Shown here piece after piece: positions 10,615 through 24,427 of a stretch of 64,000 bases of DNA. The notes under the pieces are model-generated. The model was not told the DNA's origin. It saw only the letters and a list, made by a program, of their open reading frames with translations, and searched no databases. Numbering within the stretch: the stretch's first letter is position 1; each line of letters starts with the position of its first letter. The position numbers were made by a program, and so were the translations under genes. Source of the stretch: Podarcis gaigeae (taxonomy: Eukaryota); NCBI GenBank assembly GCA_964106915.2, contig OZ066923.1. One strand, 5' to 3'.

Positions 10615-13600
10615 CTGAAATTACGAAGCAAACAAAAGACGATCAGATTCAGGCCAAGGTCACCTTTATTCCATCTCACTGCCTCTTAAGCAAAGTTGCA
10701 TAGTCTCAGGCCTCTTGGCAAATCTCTTCAACATAGCCTGCACCTCTGTTGTTGTATTTTCTTGCACATACACCCCCAGCAGATTCAACAAAATGCAATG
10801 GAGGGGTGGGGTCTTAAAGGGTAGCTTCAATGCCTATTGACTGGGATATGACTGGGATTACTGATAAACAAATTAATAAATCCTGCCTATTTTCACAGCC
10901 ACCATGTTACCTACAGAATTCCTGCTCTCGGTGTGGTATGCGCAGAAAAAAATTCCAAATAGTTGGGAGAACCATATCACTTGTTTTATACTCTCCTACA
11001 TGTATAACTAAAATTCCTTTTTGTGTGAGGTAAGATTAGAAGGTGACATAACTTAACCAAGCGTGCAAGCCAGAGTTCTTTGCTGATACAGAGCCATATC
11101 CAATAGCATTTTTTTACCTGACTTTTTTACCACTGCTGCAGGAACCAAAGAAACTGAAGAGCTGGGATTCAGGATTAGTAATTCAGCTACTCATATAGTG
11201 CATTTTATATGGTGCTTAGCTACATACAGAGGGTGGTCTCCAACTAAGTCATATTCTGAGTAGACCCACAGAAATAAACTGACTTGGTACTGAAGTTTAT
11301 TGATTTCAGTGTGTCTGCTCAGAGCATGACTTAGTCAGAGATCACCCAAATTAATTAATAACCAGTTAGATTACTCCACTAGCATACATGTGCCTTGCAA
11401 GGTAAGTGACAAGTTTTCGACTCTCTACCAGTTCATAAGAGCATACAGTTGAAGGATTCTCAACAGTTAATGGGCTCTGCATGACTGGGCATTGATTCAT
11501 TTGCACATAGCCCCAGGAGGTGTATTCAGTAACACAGACAACTGGGTGGTTCTGTATCATGCAGGCAATTCCAGGAAGGCAGTTGTTTCTCTGAGTAATG
11601 ATGACACTTTTTAAAAGAAGCTACAGGTGCTTAAAGTACACTGTCTCTGTATCCAAACACCAATTCATGCCTCATTACTATAGGGGGAAGCCAAATGGAG
11701 AACACCTGCAGTAGCCCTATGCATCTTGAGTCATAACCAGCCGTCCTTTTGCCTACAGTAGGAGCCATTCTACTTCCATTCCAGCCTGCAGGAAGAAACT
11801 TAACTCAGCAGCTGACCAATTAGCCTGAAATTCCTTGTGGGAAAAGAAGTACCTTCATCCCTATAGAATTTGATGCATTAGCAGGCAAACTAGTCAGAAA
11901 AATCCCCCAAGTGTGGCAGCAATTCCCCCTCCCCCTCTATTGTCAGCTGCAGGTTGGTTAGTCACCTCCTCCTTAAGCTTTAAAGAATGTACCTGCACAA
12001 GTACAGGCAAGTCACATGGCAAGTATGCAGACACTACCATAAAAGGAAATAGGTCCCTTTGGAGGGGGGGGGGCGAGGAGAAGGAGAGAATTTTCCCAGC
12101 CTAGTAGAGCAGTCATCACTGGGATAGCTGGAATTCTTCTGCCTGAGAAGTGAGAAGTGCTGCATGGTATCCTACTTCCTGTTGCTCAACTCTTAGAACA
12201 AACAGACTTCCCTCCCCAAAACAGTAAGCTAACGCACATACACAGAAAGAGCTGCACAATTGCACAATGATACAGCAGCTATGTTATGTTTTAGAATATT
12301 ATATTTTCCGTTCAATCTGAGCTCTATTATGCTCATGAGATTATCCTACAGATTAAATGTGTTTGTATTGTCAGATAAATATTTTACATTATTTTATGTA
12401 AACTGCTTAGAAATTTTTCTTTCTTGATCATTATTATGTGATCTGTAAGTTTCGATAAATAAAATAAATACAACAGAGGCACCCATTTCAAAACTGACTG
12501 TCCAGCAGGATATTGGGCTGCTCCTTCTGGGGAGTGTGCAAGTGCTCAAATAGCCTAGATTTGTTTTGCTGGGGGAAGAGGGGTGAGAAAGGAAGAAGGA
12601 AAATAAATGTAACCAAATGCTCATTTATAAGATAATTAAAGAAGGAGTCTACATCTGCTTTACAGGCCCAGATATGTATCTTTTGACTATGCTGTACAAA
12701 TTCTGTTCAATATTAATTATCAAGCCTGGTCTTTAACACTTACTGGAGCAATACAGATTTTAAAGAGGCAAAATTATTATTTATTCCAGAGAGATGGGCT
12801 GTTACAGCAACACACAAGTTTGTAGACTAACAGGATTATTGTGGTACAATTTCTCATTGACTAGAGTCCATCTTATGAGATGCATGGCTTGGAAGCATTT
12901 GATGCAAACTGCTTCATCATGCAAATTTAAATATAGTTTTATGTATCTGTGGAATCCTTGTAACTGGAAAAAAATAGAAGAGTTCTGTAGCAGAAGTGTC
13001 AAAATAATAGTAGTTATTACATGCTTCCCAAGTACATGCATTTGAGGTGTTCTAATTGCCCAAGAGGAGATTATATTTTGAACTCTGGGGAGGGTGGGGA
13101 TAAGAAGAGAAAATGTTAACATGCTGCTTAGTGCTTCACAACTCAGTTACAGAATATCCTAGCAGGCCTTTATCACCCACTTCCTCTGCATGAGCAACTC
13201 CGAGTTGAGTCTGTTTAACTCCATAAAAGGAGAACATAGCACTCACACTATGGTGACATCATCTCTCCAGCCAAGAGGAAGCAGAGCTAAAAAGGCAAAA
13301 GGTTTGATCCCTGCTTATAGCTGATTCATTAACACAGGCAGTTTGACTATTGCTAAAGAGCAAAGCCTACCTCCTAACTACAGAAAAAGATAGTTTCCCC
13401 CATCTCTATGGTTTATCATCAGAAATATTTAGGCATCACAGCGAAGACCTGTAACTGCATTTAAGGCACTGTAATTAACAGTAGTAGTAGTACCCCACCC
13501 ATCTGACTGGATGGATATAGAACATGAATTATCATACATCTCATCAGCTATCTTGCCTCCTTTGTTTTTACAGTGCTCTTTTTGTAACACATTTTCCATC

Positions 13601-16532
13601 TCAACACTGGAAAAAGCCTCAGGGGGTACTTCACATGTCTTTTAAAATTTTGGAAATGAGGCGGAGGGGTGGGGGAGGACTCCTAGCACACATTATTTCC
13701 TCCTTACCATCTCCTCCCCTGGATGATACAGTAGGGAAAAGAGCACCAAGAGGTTAAGAAGTTGGTCAATAATAATGTTTTGAGTAATACTCTGATTTGT
13801 CGGAACTAAAAGACTAATAAAAGGTTTTGGAGAAGTTTAGAATCCAAAAGTGGTTACAGAAACCTCGATTCAATTAAAATTCAACAGTTGGGCAATTAAG
13901 TTTTATTGGGACCAAATATGTCACAAAATCATGGGAACAAGCTTTTGAATTTTCTACAACACTTCAAGGGGCAGGTAGGAGAAAGATGCGAGAATTGGCT
14001 TGATGTTATAGTCAAAAGGTTAGCATCTAGATTCAAGACTTGATTCGCTTCATCTTTGCTAGGTACTAGGATATACTTAGGATTCTGGGACAAAACAATA
14101 CTGGCTGACCCCCAATTTGGGAAACAAAGTCCAGTAGTTACCCCAACCTTTCTGCATCTTTAAGCAAACAATACAGGTTCTTTCACTTTTTAAATCTTAC
14201 TCAACTCGTTGCATGAGATTTCAAGAGGAAATATTTTGAGTGCATGTACTTCTAGGATAAAATACGCAAACTTGCATCTGTTCTTGTCAGATGGACCTCA
14301 CCATTAACAGATGAAATATCTTCTTCACACCTCCCACTATGTTAACTGGAGACAATTAGAACATGACCAAAGCAGAATTTTAAGAGGAACTAATTTCATT
14401 TCCCACTAAATGAATTTACAGCAAGAAGCAGTTTCACATCCAAAGAGAGTCACTTAAAAAACACTATCTCATTCCTTCCTGTCTGCATCATAAAAAAATT
14501 GCTCTTTTATATTCTGTGGGTTTAATTTGGTTGGGGAAAAACAGCTGTTAATCATGAGACACCAAGACGACTAAGAATGTTAGAACTCCACTCCTATTGG
14601 AAGGCTTGTCTAAACCAACTGCCTTTTTTGTCATCTACCTTGCCATATGGAGACATGCAATATGAATCAGCATGTAGTGACATTCAAATTTTACCTTTTT
14701 CTTTTAAAAATGTAGATTCCACTGGCATAATTTGCAGCAAATGTAAAGATGTATGCAAAAGTCAACCATGACAATGTCAGCATCAGCTGAGGTGTTGTGT
14801 TTTTTCCCTCGACAGCCTTAGTAGCCCTTGTTCATATTAAATATGTTTTCCTATCATTTCCGTACTGATAAAATATAATCAAACTTGTCGGTATGATAAA
14901 ATATAATCACACTTACAAAAAAAGATAGTATTTCGAGAGGGAAAATTGTGAAGCATGAGCTATTTCCAACATGGAGCCTATTTGTCCTGGTTATCATTGT
15001 TGGGAAATTGACCTCCACACTCTTAAAGGCAAGCTGACAGAATCATTTCCCTCTCCTAAGTACATTTAAGAGAAATGCTGGTGGGGTTATATGAAAGTCA
15101 TGGTCTTTAACAAAATAAAGACCCAGTTGTTGTTTTTTAAACCTCCCTTTGTGAATCAGAGTCCAGAACAAAAGATTTAGCATAAACAAGACTTGATTCA
15201 AAAGGGACATGGAATGCTACACTAAGCAAGCCAGACTAGACTTGACTAACAAATAGTACATTCTTGGCCCCAACTTCTGAAATATGTAAACATTATGGGT
15301 TTCACACAGAAGATTTAACATTTAACAGATATTGGAGGGAGGGGGGAGAGAGGAAGTCTTCAGCTTTAAGTCTCAGCCACAAGGCTATTGAATGAGACCT
15401 AAAGATCACCAAGAACTCTCCCTGATTCCCCAAAATGGCAGAATCCTACATACTACATTATCCCAAGCTTGCAATGCAACAAGGAGAAGCAAACAAAAGC
15501 CTGGTGGTAGTGGGCTTGCAAGGAAGACTGTTGTACATATTCCAGTTTGTCATAATTTATTGGGTTTGTTCAAGCCACCTATAAAAGGTACTCTGGCTCC
15601 ACTGTTACTTATTTACATACTGGAGCAGCAGTTCAGCCTCATAAAAGGATACTGACTGGCTGTTTCCTCATTCTCATACACACACAAGCAAACTCATGAA
15701 GGACACCTTGATGCCTATCTTGAATGCATTGCAACCTACATTAACACCCAAGGTCCTAGCAAATCCAGAATTCAGACGCAGCCATGCATATATATACCTG
15801 ACTTCTATGCCCCTCCCTCTGCCAGCTGATTTGGCCTGGGGCAGGGAGTTTCATCATCATAAACTATATGGGCTGCCAAAAGAGATGCCAGTTCCAAAAA
15901 GAGGCAGTGACACATCAGCCTGGCCGCATTACAAAAAGGTTAAGAAACTTGGGTATTAGTTGAAACCAAGCAAGCCCCTGCTCCTCCTCTGCAGGCTGCC
16001 AATTAGCATGCCCTAAACCAAGTGCTGGAATCTAACCAATTAACATGCAGGTCTTTCTGCTTCACCAGCTCAGGGAAATAACTGCACCCCCATGCTGAGA
16101 ATGGGTCAGAGACATCAGCTTGCCATGCTTTTTTAAGAAGTGCTCAAAACCATGAAAGATTTCCTGCCTGTTAGACTTTGAATAGAGTCTAGGGCACAAA
16201 CAGCTAATCCTGAATGCCTCTGGTTCTTGCAGAGCACTGTAGCCTTTCATCTTCTGTGCTCAATACAGATTCCTCCCATACCACTGGCTGCTGCATCAAG
16301 CCTCCCCCACGGATTAAGCAGAACTGAAAGCAAAGGAGGAATGCTGCTTTCCAGAAACCAGAAGATTGACTGGAATCAAAAGTTGCACTGCAGCAGACCT
16401 CCACCCAAACATGAAACTTTCACGCTGTATCCCTATGTACATTTGACATTTCAAAAGTGGCAACTCTACAAGAGCCTACTCATCTGAGCATATCCACTGC
16501 CATGGCCAGAATGTATTTTAAAATGTACCTAC

Positions 16533-16689
16533 CTTGCATCATACTCCTGTAGGCAGTGTCTGTAATAGCGTATATGTGAGGGGGCATCTCATGTCTCTTT
16601 TTGCCTTTGTACATATCCACAATTTCTTCTGAGTAGATAGGCAGGTTCTTGTAGGGATTTATGACAACACAGAACAGGCCTGAGTAGGT
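16533..16689 (-). CDS. MYH9: MYH9 exon 3 ([53 protein letters not shown])
   Basis: 157 nt, ttttgcag| ... |gtaggt; phase fits the flanking exons. Confidence 0.97.
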
Positions 16690-19600
16690 CTGCAAAATGG
16701 AATTTAAGAAGAATTTAGAAGCATTCATGGTTTTACAGTTTCATCGGCTCCACATAACCCGCCTCCCATCCCCCAAACTCACAAGAGTGCTAACAATAAT
16801 CGCATACTGAAAATTTACTTGGACTGCCATAATTGCCTTCCATTACCAGAGATTTTGAACTAACAATCACATCTGTCATTTACTTTGAATATGGCTATTC
16901 ATCTTTGATGACTGAAACATGCAATTTACTTTGCATTATTATTCACTGTTTATAGCTCTACAGTACACAAAAATGAGTGGCATTTTAGCAAAACTTAGGC
17001 AATAGGTATCTTTCGACACTAGCTCAGTGCCAGCATGGAGCAGAACAAAAGATTCACATATATTAACAAAGCTCTACCTCAGAGTTGTACATATCCTGCA
17101 CCAGATTTTTAAATCCATTCTATTGCCTACATGTTATGTGCAAACTTGTGCATACTTAATTTTGCTAGCCACAGAATTTGTGGGGGTGGCAGAGATGAGA
17201 ACCTACAGCTACCACTAAAGTCCAAGCAATACTTGCATTCAGGATTTAATGAAGCATTGCCCACACATTTCCAAGCCTCTCTAAGCCTTACAACTAAAAC
17301 TTTTTAAAAATGTTAAAGCACCTGAGAAAGCAGGTGCATTTCACCTCCTCCAAGTAAAAGGCTGGAAAAAAACCTAGTATGGGTAGAAGTAAACTGCAAA
17401 AACACTTGAAGATCCAGCATTCACTAGCTATCACTGATGCATTTACATGTCAAGCCAGTGTTACACATATGGCCGAAATTTAAATGCTAACTTAGAAGCT
17501 ACAAAACTGAATTTTAAAAATCCTGATGCAGTTAGAACAGACTTACTTTTTAATACCACTTATTGCATATGAATGTTCATTCACTCTAAGAAGCAAGGCA
17601 GCATTCAGTGCAGAAAGAACATATAGAAGTAACCACTGCCTGTGCACAACTCTACAGAATGCTTATTATGAGTTAACCCAGCATTAAAAGGCTTTGTGAG
17701 AAGTTGCCAACTATTTCCCTCAATATCCAAAGCAGAAATATGTCAGGAAATGGGGGCGGCGGTGGGGGGGGGGACACAATGCTATCCGGTTTGCAGTGGC
17801 ACCATTACAAAAGGTTCCCCAAGACTGCCAGTAGGAAGAGTTTAATTCCTCTTTGTGTGCTTGTTTTTCCCCAAGGTTGTAAGTGCAAAAACGTTTTGGC
17901 TGGCCACAGTTATAATACACTAATCCTGCCCCTACCACCTCAGAGGGATGAGAGCTCATCCCAGACATTGTATGGCATCCAAGATGTCTGGAAGCAACAA
18001 CACTTTGCAGTGTTTCCAACTGCAGCGAGACACCAGAGAAGAGCTCCTGCTCCTCTCAGTGTCTGTCCCCACCAGGTTAGGATACTCTGCTGCAAAGTAT
18101 ATTTGAAGAACTGCCTCCTTCTCTGTCCCCTCTACTAAACTCATAATCCAAGCAATGTAGCCAAGAAGATCAGCCTCCTTGCTGACCTTTCCGGATGCAA
18201 GTGGGACAGCAAATATGGAAGCCCCACTTCACTTAATACTTCTTAAAGTTAGAAAGGCAGAATTGTATGCAACCACCATTTTCGGTAGCATTTCCTCAAG
18301 TATAAATGGCCCAGCTAGGAAACAAAGCTATGAGCATGGTCTAAATGTCAGCAGCCAGCTGCAGCTCTTTGACATGCGCAGCTCAAAACTGACACTTGGA
18401 TATTTACAAGTGAGGAAACTTCTGCAAGAAACAAATATAAGCCTCCAGTTGATAGTGGTCATCATACTGTGGCTTGTATAAAATAGTCTTTTGATCACAG
18501 GGAACAGTAGAGAATACAAAGCAATTACAAAACTAGGAGGAGTTACGCAATTTGCCAATTCTTTGTTCTGTGTTCTTGTTTTAAATGTTTCTATAAAAAA
18601 TGAAGCTCTCTAATAAAAATTGGCACCCCAAGGGTGTTCAGGAAATACACATTAGTTGCCATTTAAGCCAAGAGAGCTCGGGAAAAAAAATCAACTGAAA
18701 GAGTAACAATTTTATACTAGAAGTGTGGAGTAGAACAAATCTGATTTCAAAAAGACTAGTTATAAGAGGGAGCTTCTCCCAAGCGACAAATGCAAAATTC
18801 TTGAGCAAGTCCATGGAAGACATAGCACTGATCTGAATGGGCCTTGTATCTGTTCAAGCACCTCAAGGACTCCAACTCTAAGTCACTTACTCAGAGGGCT
18901 GCACCACAGTAAGAGATTAAAGATGTTTCTCTTAAAATTTTTGTCCTGAAACAGGCACCTCTGTCATAGGACACTGAACCAGAGCGTTTTAGTTGCACTT
19001 ATCCTTGCTGAGAATATCTATCCATTTCCTGTAAATGATCCAAAGGCTGCATTAGCCCACAGGAAAAAAATATCAAATTTACAGGGGTGGGGGCTTAAAT
19101 ATGTAAACTTTCATCAGACTGGCAAGTCTTAAGAATACACTGGGGAATTTAATGTGGAGGGAAGGGGGGCACCTACCTCAATGACCTGTTTAGCTGTTGA
19201 TTTGTTCTTTACTTGTGGAATCCTGACTGTATTTTTGAATGTAACTGTTAGCTCTATTTTTTTAATGTTGAGTATATTTTGTTTTGTTGCTGTTTTAATT
19301 GTGCACCTCTTGTATTTGATTTTCATTTGTAATGTTTTCTGCTGAGGTGCCCAAGGGCCACAATGCCTTCTGGGCAACCTTGCAGGGACCGCATCCCAAT
19401 AGTGTGTGGAGCCAAAAACAAAAGTGGGAAGGCAATGATTCTTTTATTTTAGCTTTGTACAACAGGCCAGTTTCTACACACATCTCTCTCTACTATCCAT
19501 CAATACAAGCAAGAGGCATTATCAGAGTTCAAGGACACCTGCCAAGCAACAACTCTGGATGTGAAGCAGAGCCAGTGATGCTTGTGGCCTGGGAACAGTT

Positions 19601-19852
19601 TGGAGGCCCACACAGAGGAGCCTGGATGACCAAATTTGCCCCCCAGTCTGAGAATCCCCACCTTGAGACACGTTGTAAACCACTTAGAGGGTTTTCTGAA
19701 AATATGAAATAGTACAGAAACCATCTAAAATAAAGAAAGGTTGAGCAAAATACTTGCTGGGGGAGTGGGGAGTAGAGAGATTATGCACAGTACTGCTAAA
19801 ACCACAAAGTCTGCACACTGTAATAGACTGACTTGCAGACTTCATGAGATTA

Positions 19853-20385
19853 CCATATTTTTTGCCCTATGGGACGCACTTTTCCCCCTCCAAAAATGAA
19901 GGGGAAATCTGGGTGTGTCCTATGGGGCGAGTGCAGGCTTTCGCTGAAGCGTGGAGAGCGAGAGGGGTCGGTGCGCACCGACCCCTCTCGCTCTCCACGC
20001 TTCAGGAAGACATCCACAGCCTAGGCAGCCCTGCGGGAGGTCCCGCAGGGCTCCCCACGCTGCGAATAGCAGCCTGCCGCCCGGCGGGCAGGACGCCCTG
20101 AAGCAGAGTGCCCCGCGCGCCGGACAGACATCTGCAGCGTGGGGAGCCCTGCGGGGAACTCCTGCAGGGCTCCCCACGCTGCGGATAGCAGCCTGCTGCC
20201 CGGCGCGCGGGGCACCCTGAAGCAGAGCGCCCCTCACGCCGGGCAAACATCGGCCAGCCCCACAAGCTCAGGGGACAGCAGGGAGGCGCAGCGCCGTCAT
20301 CCCACTGTTCCTCGACCTGGTTCGGTTTCCCCGACCTGCTTGGGGGGGGGGGGGAATAAAGCGTCCTATGGGACGAAAAATACGG
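19853..20385. mobile_element. Tc1/mariner-type MITE with GC-rich palindromic interior
   Basis: TA|CCATATTTTTTGCCCTATGGGACGC ... GCGTCCTATGGGACGAAAAATACGG|TA; internal 62-bp palindrome and ~106-bp direct repeat. Confidence 0.85.
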
Positions 20386-21342
20386 TAACCTTTGGTGATA
20401 ACAGGTTTCAGGTTGCACCAAGGCTGTTGGAACAAAGCAACGTTCAGATACCCCACTTTGCAGGGGAGGTTTCTATAATATAAAGTGTAGCTGGATTAAG
20501 TATCACTGGGTAAAAAGCACTGTGACCCAAGATAATTGTACATGCCACAGAGTTAACAACCCCAATACCATCTTAGTGAGCGATCATGATAAATGGAAGC
20601 AAAAAGGCTTTAAATCTGTACAAAAAAGTTAGCTATATTAATAGTAAAAAGTTATTTATTGTAGCTGCTTAAAGAAAAATAAACATTAAAAGGTTCACTG
20701 AAACTGAACTACATAGCCATAGCAGCTAGATTAGTAAGAATGTAATGTTTTAAAATTATTGCCTAACTAAACCTCAGGAAATGCAAGGGAAGAGATGCAT
20801 TTTGAGAAGTTCCTTATAAGGCAGAAAGGTTAAGGGTGTATCATATCAGGAGACAGGAAGGAATAGAAAATAAAAATTGGGCAAACTTGTAAACACATTG
20901 TATTTTACAGGATCAGGTCTTTCTAAAAACAACACATATGCATGTCATTGTAGGTGTATGAATCTCTTCCAGTCAGACAATGGGGGACTCATTACTACTT
21001 CTGAACATTAATTTATTTGGAATGATCTTGGAATCCATAAGATCACAAGTAACAGAAATAAAAATAAATTTTAAGCAGGTCACTGATGAGTGAATGTCAT
21101 TATCAGGAATATTGTATCTGGGGAACTACTCCGTGCAAATATACTTGTCAGGGCCAGTAGCCATGGCAACTCAAGGTATAAAATACATCTTAAATCTCAA
21201 GGGTTAGATTTCCTTTTCTTAATCATCACCCAGTAAAGATTAGCACAGGCCCAAATGAATTGAAAATTAGAGCATTGACTGAGTCACTGTTGAACTAAAA
21301 AACTGCATACAAAACTTGCAGATTAGGAGACAATTAGGTACT

Positions 21343-21515
21343 ACATAGGAACCTAGGAAGATGCCTTATACCAAGTGAGGCCATTGGTCCTTCTAACTCA
21401 GCATTTTCTACAGCCACTGGCAGTATTCTTCAGCATTACTGCCAGGATTCTCTCTCAGGTCTACCTGGGGATTGAACCTGGGACCTTCTGCATGCAAAGC
21501 AGATATTTTGCCACT
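21343..21515 (-). mobile_element. Degenerate tRNA-derived SINE with CR1-like tail (Squam2-like)
   Basis: Reverse strand has a box B-like GGTTCAATCCC and the TGCATGCAGAAGG motif, ending in a TTCCTATGT-type tail. Similar copies at ~23107-23283 (+) and ~42970-43133 (-). Confidence 0.55.
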
Positions 21516-21637
21516 AATACTTGCTCCATACTTGGCTCACACATGATGCTTATTTTCCAAACACACAAAACTATCAAAGGAAAGAAAATACTAAAATGTT
21601 GTGTGGGTCAGAACTGTGATAGAGACACTGGCAAGTA

Positions 21638-21987
21638 AAGGTAAAGGGACCCCTGACCATTAGGTCCAGTCGCGGATGACTCTGGGGTTACGGCGCTCAT
21701 CTCGCTTTATTGGCTGAGGGAGCCGGCATACAGCTTCCGGGTCATGGGGCCAGCATGACTAAGCCGCTTCTGGCGAACCAGAGCAGCACACGGAAACGCC
21801 ATTTACCTTCCCGCCAGAGTGGTACCTATTTATCTCCTTGCACTTTGACGTGCTCTCAAACTGCTAGGTGGGCAGGAGCAGAGACCAAGCAACGGGAGCT
21901 CACCCTGTCACGGGGATTCGAACCACCGACCTTCTGATAGGCAAGTCCTAGGCTCTGTGGTTTAACCCACAGCGCCACCTGCGTCCC
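21638..21987 (-). mobile_element. Sauria SINE (Squam1/POM-type), full length
   Basis: tRNA-like head GGGACGCAGGTGGCGCTGTGG...GGTTCGAATCCC, ACCTTT tail, 11-bp TSD ACTGGCAAGTA (21627-21637 and 21989-21999). Confidence 0.92.
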
Positions 21988-22642
21988 TACTGGCAAGTAT
22001 AGCCTCAGAGAAAAAAATAGTCTATATATAAATATCCTTAATTGTACACTGCCTAGCTTAAAGTCATGGTACAAAAGATCTGTACTAGCCATCAATGTGA
22101 AAAATTGCACATGTCTATTTTACTACATGTACACACTGAAAACCTTCATTTTTTTATGTGCTGTAAAGCAAAGACAGACAGATATGTGCCATTCCCCATT
22201 CCAAAGGGGAGAAACTGTGTAGGCAGACTGCCACATGTGACAAAGACTTCACTGTGCAAAGTCTTACAAGAGTCCATGTATGGGGAGCACAGAAGGGCTG
22301 ATCCATGTGACAAGACAGCAACAAACAGCTAAATGGATGTTAGAATAAAACACTTTGAAGGGAACAAATGGAAATCAGTGAAGTCTGGCAAAATATCCCT
22401 TTTACAGAGTCAGGCTCAGCTGCAGCTTATGTACAAGGCAGCAGTGGCATATGCTTTGATCCAATCAGTGCCCTGAATATAGAACTCAGGACAAACACCA
22501 ATTTCTCTCCTCCTGTACCCTTGGCCAATTCTGAACCATAGCTCTCTGTCAAACTGATTAGTACCCCAAAATTAGATCCACCAAGACAACTGCAATCCTC
22601 CTCTCAATCTCCTGTATGCCAATAAGGCCAGAGTTTTTTTCT

Positions 22643-22953
22643 GAGCCTAGGGCTTGCCAATCAGAAGGTCGGCGGTTCGAATCCCCATAACGGGGTGAGC
22701 TCCTGTTGTTCAGTCCCAGCTCCTGCCAACCTAGCAGTTCGAAAGCACATCAAAGTGCAAGTAGATAAGGTAAATGGCATTTCCATGCACTGCTCTGGTT
22801 CGACAGAAGCAGCTTAGTCATGCTGGCCACATGACCCGGAAGCTGTCTGTGGACAAACGCCGGCTCCCTCGGCCTGTAGAGCGAGATGAGCGCCACAATC
22901 CCAGAGTTGTCCACGACTGGACCTAATGGTCAGGGGTCCCTTTACATTTACCT
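22643..22953 (+). mobile_element. Sauria SINE, 5'-truncated
   Basis: Same consensus as the 21638-21987 copy in the opposite orientation; box B GGTTCGAATCCC; tail CCCTTTACATTTACCT. Confidence 0.9.
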
Positions 22954-23106
22954 AGGTGACAACTGACTGCAGTTGTCTCCCAGGAATAAGCACAAGATCT
23001 TCAGAAGAGCAAGTGCCTAAAAACCATACACACAGTTGCTACCTCTCTACCCATTATGAGCTGCACAGCAGCCCACCCTTATATACCCTAACACTTTACT
23101 ACTTTA

Positions 23107-23283
23107 GGGGGGAAAGCTTAGTGGTAGAACAATCACTCTGCATGCAGAAGGTAAATCTCCAGGTAGGGCTGGGAGAGACCTCTGCCTGAAACCCTAGGAA
23201 GTTGCTGTCAGTAAGTGTAAACAGTACTGAGCTAAATATACTAAGGGTCTGGCACAGCAGAAGTTAGCTTCATATGTCCCTAG
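23107..23283 (+). mobile_element. Degenerate Squam2-like SINE
   Basis: AGCTTAGTGGTAGA box A-like head, TGCATGCAGAAGG motif, CR1-like 3' end. Confidence 0.5.
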
Positions 23284-24427
23284 GTATCAGCACATTGTAT
23301 GCATTCTCTACCACAACTGCTGCAGGGCCCCCTTTTCCAGCTGAGGAGTTATCTCTACAGTCTCTATTCAGTGCAGCAGATGGAGCAATAATGCCAACAA
23401 GTAAAGAGTGTCAGCATCTTACCAGTGAACAGAGTCCATGCTAAGTCACGTATAAACAATTGGATATTCTTGTTTCCATGGCATCAAGTTCATGAGAGCA
23501 TTGCTGCCACTTTTGACAAGAGTTGAATTAAAGCTACCTGCTCAGTATATTCTGAACTGAGTTGGGCCTTACTGTGAAGCGTCCTTCTGGTAGAGCATCA
23601 GGCATTGCCTTCAAGAGGAAAAAAATTCTGAGTATGTTGTCTTAGATTTGCAACACGCCCAAGGATGGAGAGCTCACTGCTTCAGTACATCCCTTGCCTG
23701 TATAATCCATTCCTCTACTGGCCAAGAACAGAGATGTGGCCTTACTGTGAAGCATTCTTCTGGCTAGTGGAGAGTAGGGTGTACAACCTCAGTACAGAAC
23801 TGAAGCTATGGGGGATGGAAAGGGCCCTAGGCATTTCCTGTTTGCATGGTAACCCAGCCAGCATAGAGAATACCATCATAGAGAATACCATCCATAGCAT
23901 CTCTCTTACCTGTACTGTATAATGTTTCTTTCATTCTTTTTCTATCCACTATTCAGGATACCAAACACTGTTCAAGGTATAGTGCCCAGCCACTCGCTGG
24001 TTTAGCTGTGTGAAAAACTGGAAATTGGTAGAAGGCTACCTTCCCTTCTTGCTAGCCACTAATTGTTTTGGGTTTGCTTGTTGTTGTTTTTAAATACAAG
24101 TGCTTTTTGACTCTGCTTCCAGGAGGAGTTCATCTTTGTCTGCAAGCTCCACTCCTCCCCTGACCGAGAATCACCTGTTCACAGCACCACATGTTGGAGG
24201 CTTTCAGTGCAACAACTAGGCAATTAGGAGGTTCTTAGTTTTCAGCATTCTGATTGGTTGAAAGTAGACAACAGTACTTTTTTATATCACAACTGCCTTA
24301 TGTGCAGCTGAGCTTTGTTATTTTGCAGTCTTAGCTTTACTGCTCTTTTATACTGAGGTTCCAGATACAGAAGCAGCAAGCCAGGTGTCTACATGAAGAG
24401 TGTGTTCAGCTTGGATCAAACGCTGTA

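Noticed and set aside
19844-20483. Cluster of overlapping GC-rich ORFs / second CpG-island promoter
   Set aside because: Centred on a TA-flanked MITE; the open frames reflect GC content and palindromy.
21900-21987. tRNA gene
   Set aside because: Box A/B motifs belong to the tRNA-derived head of a SINE; the same holds for the other SINE copies.
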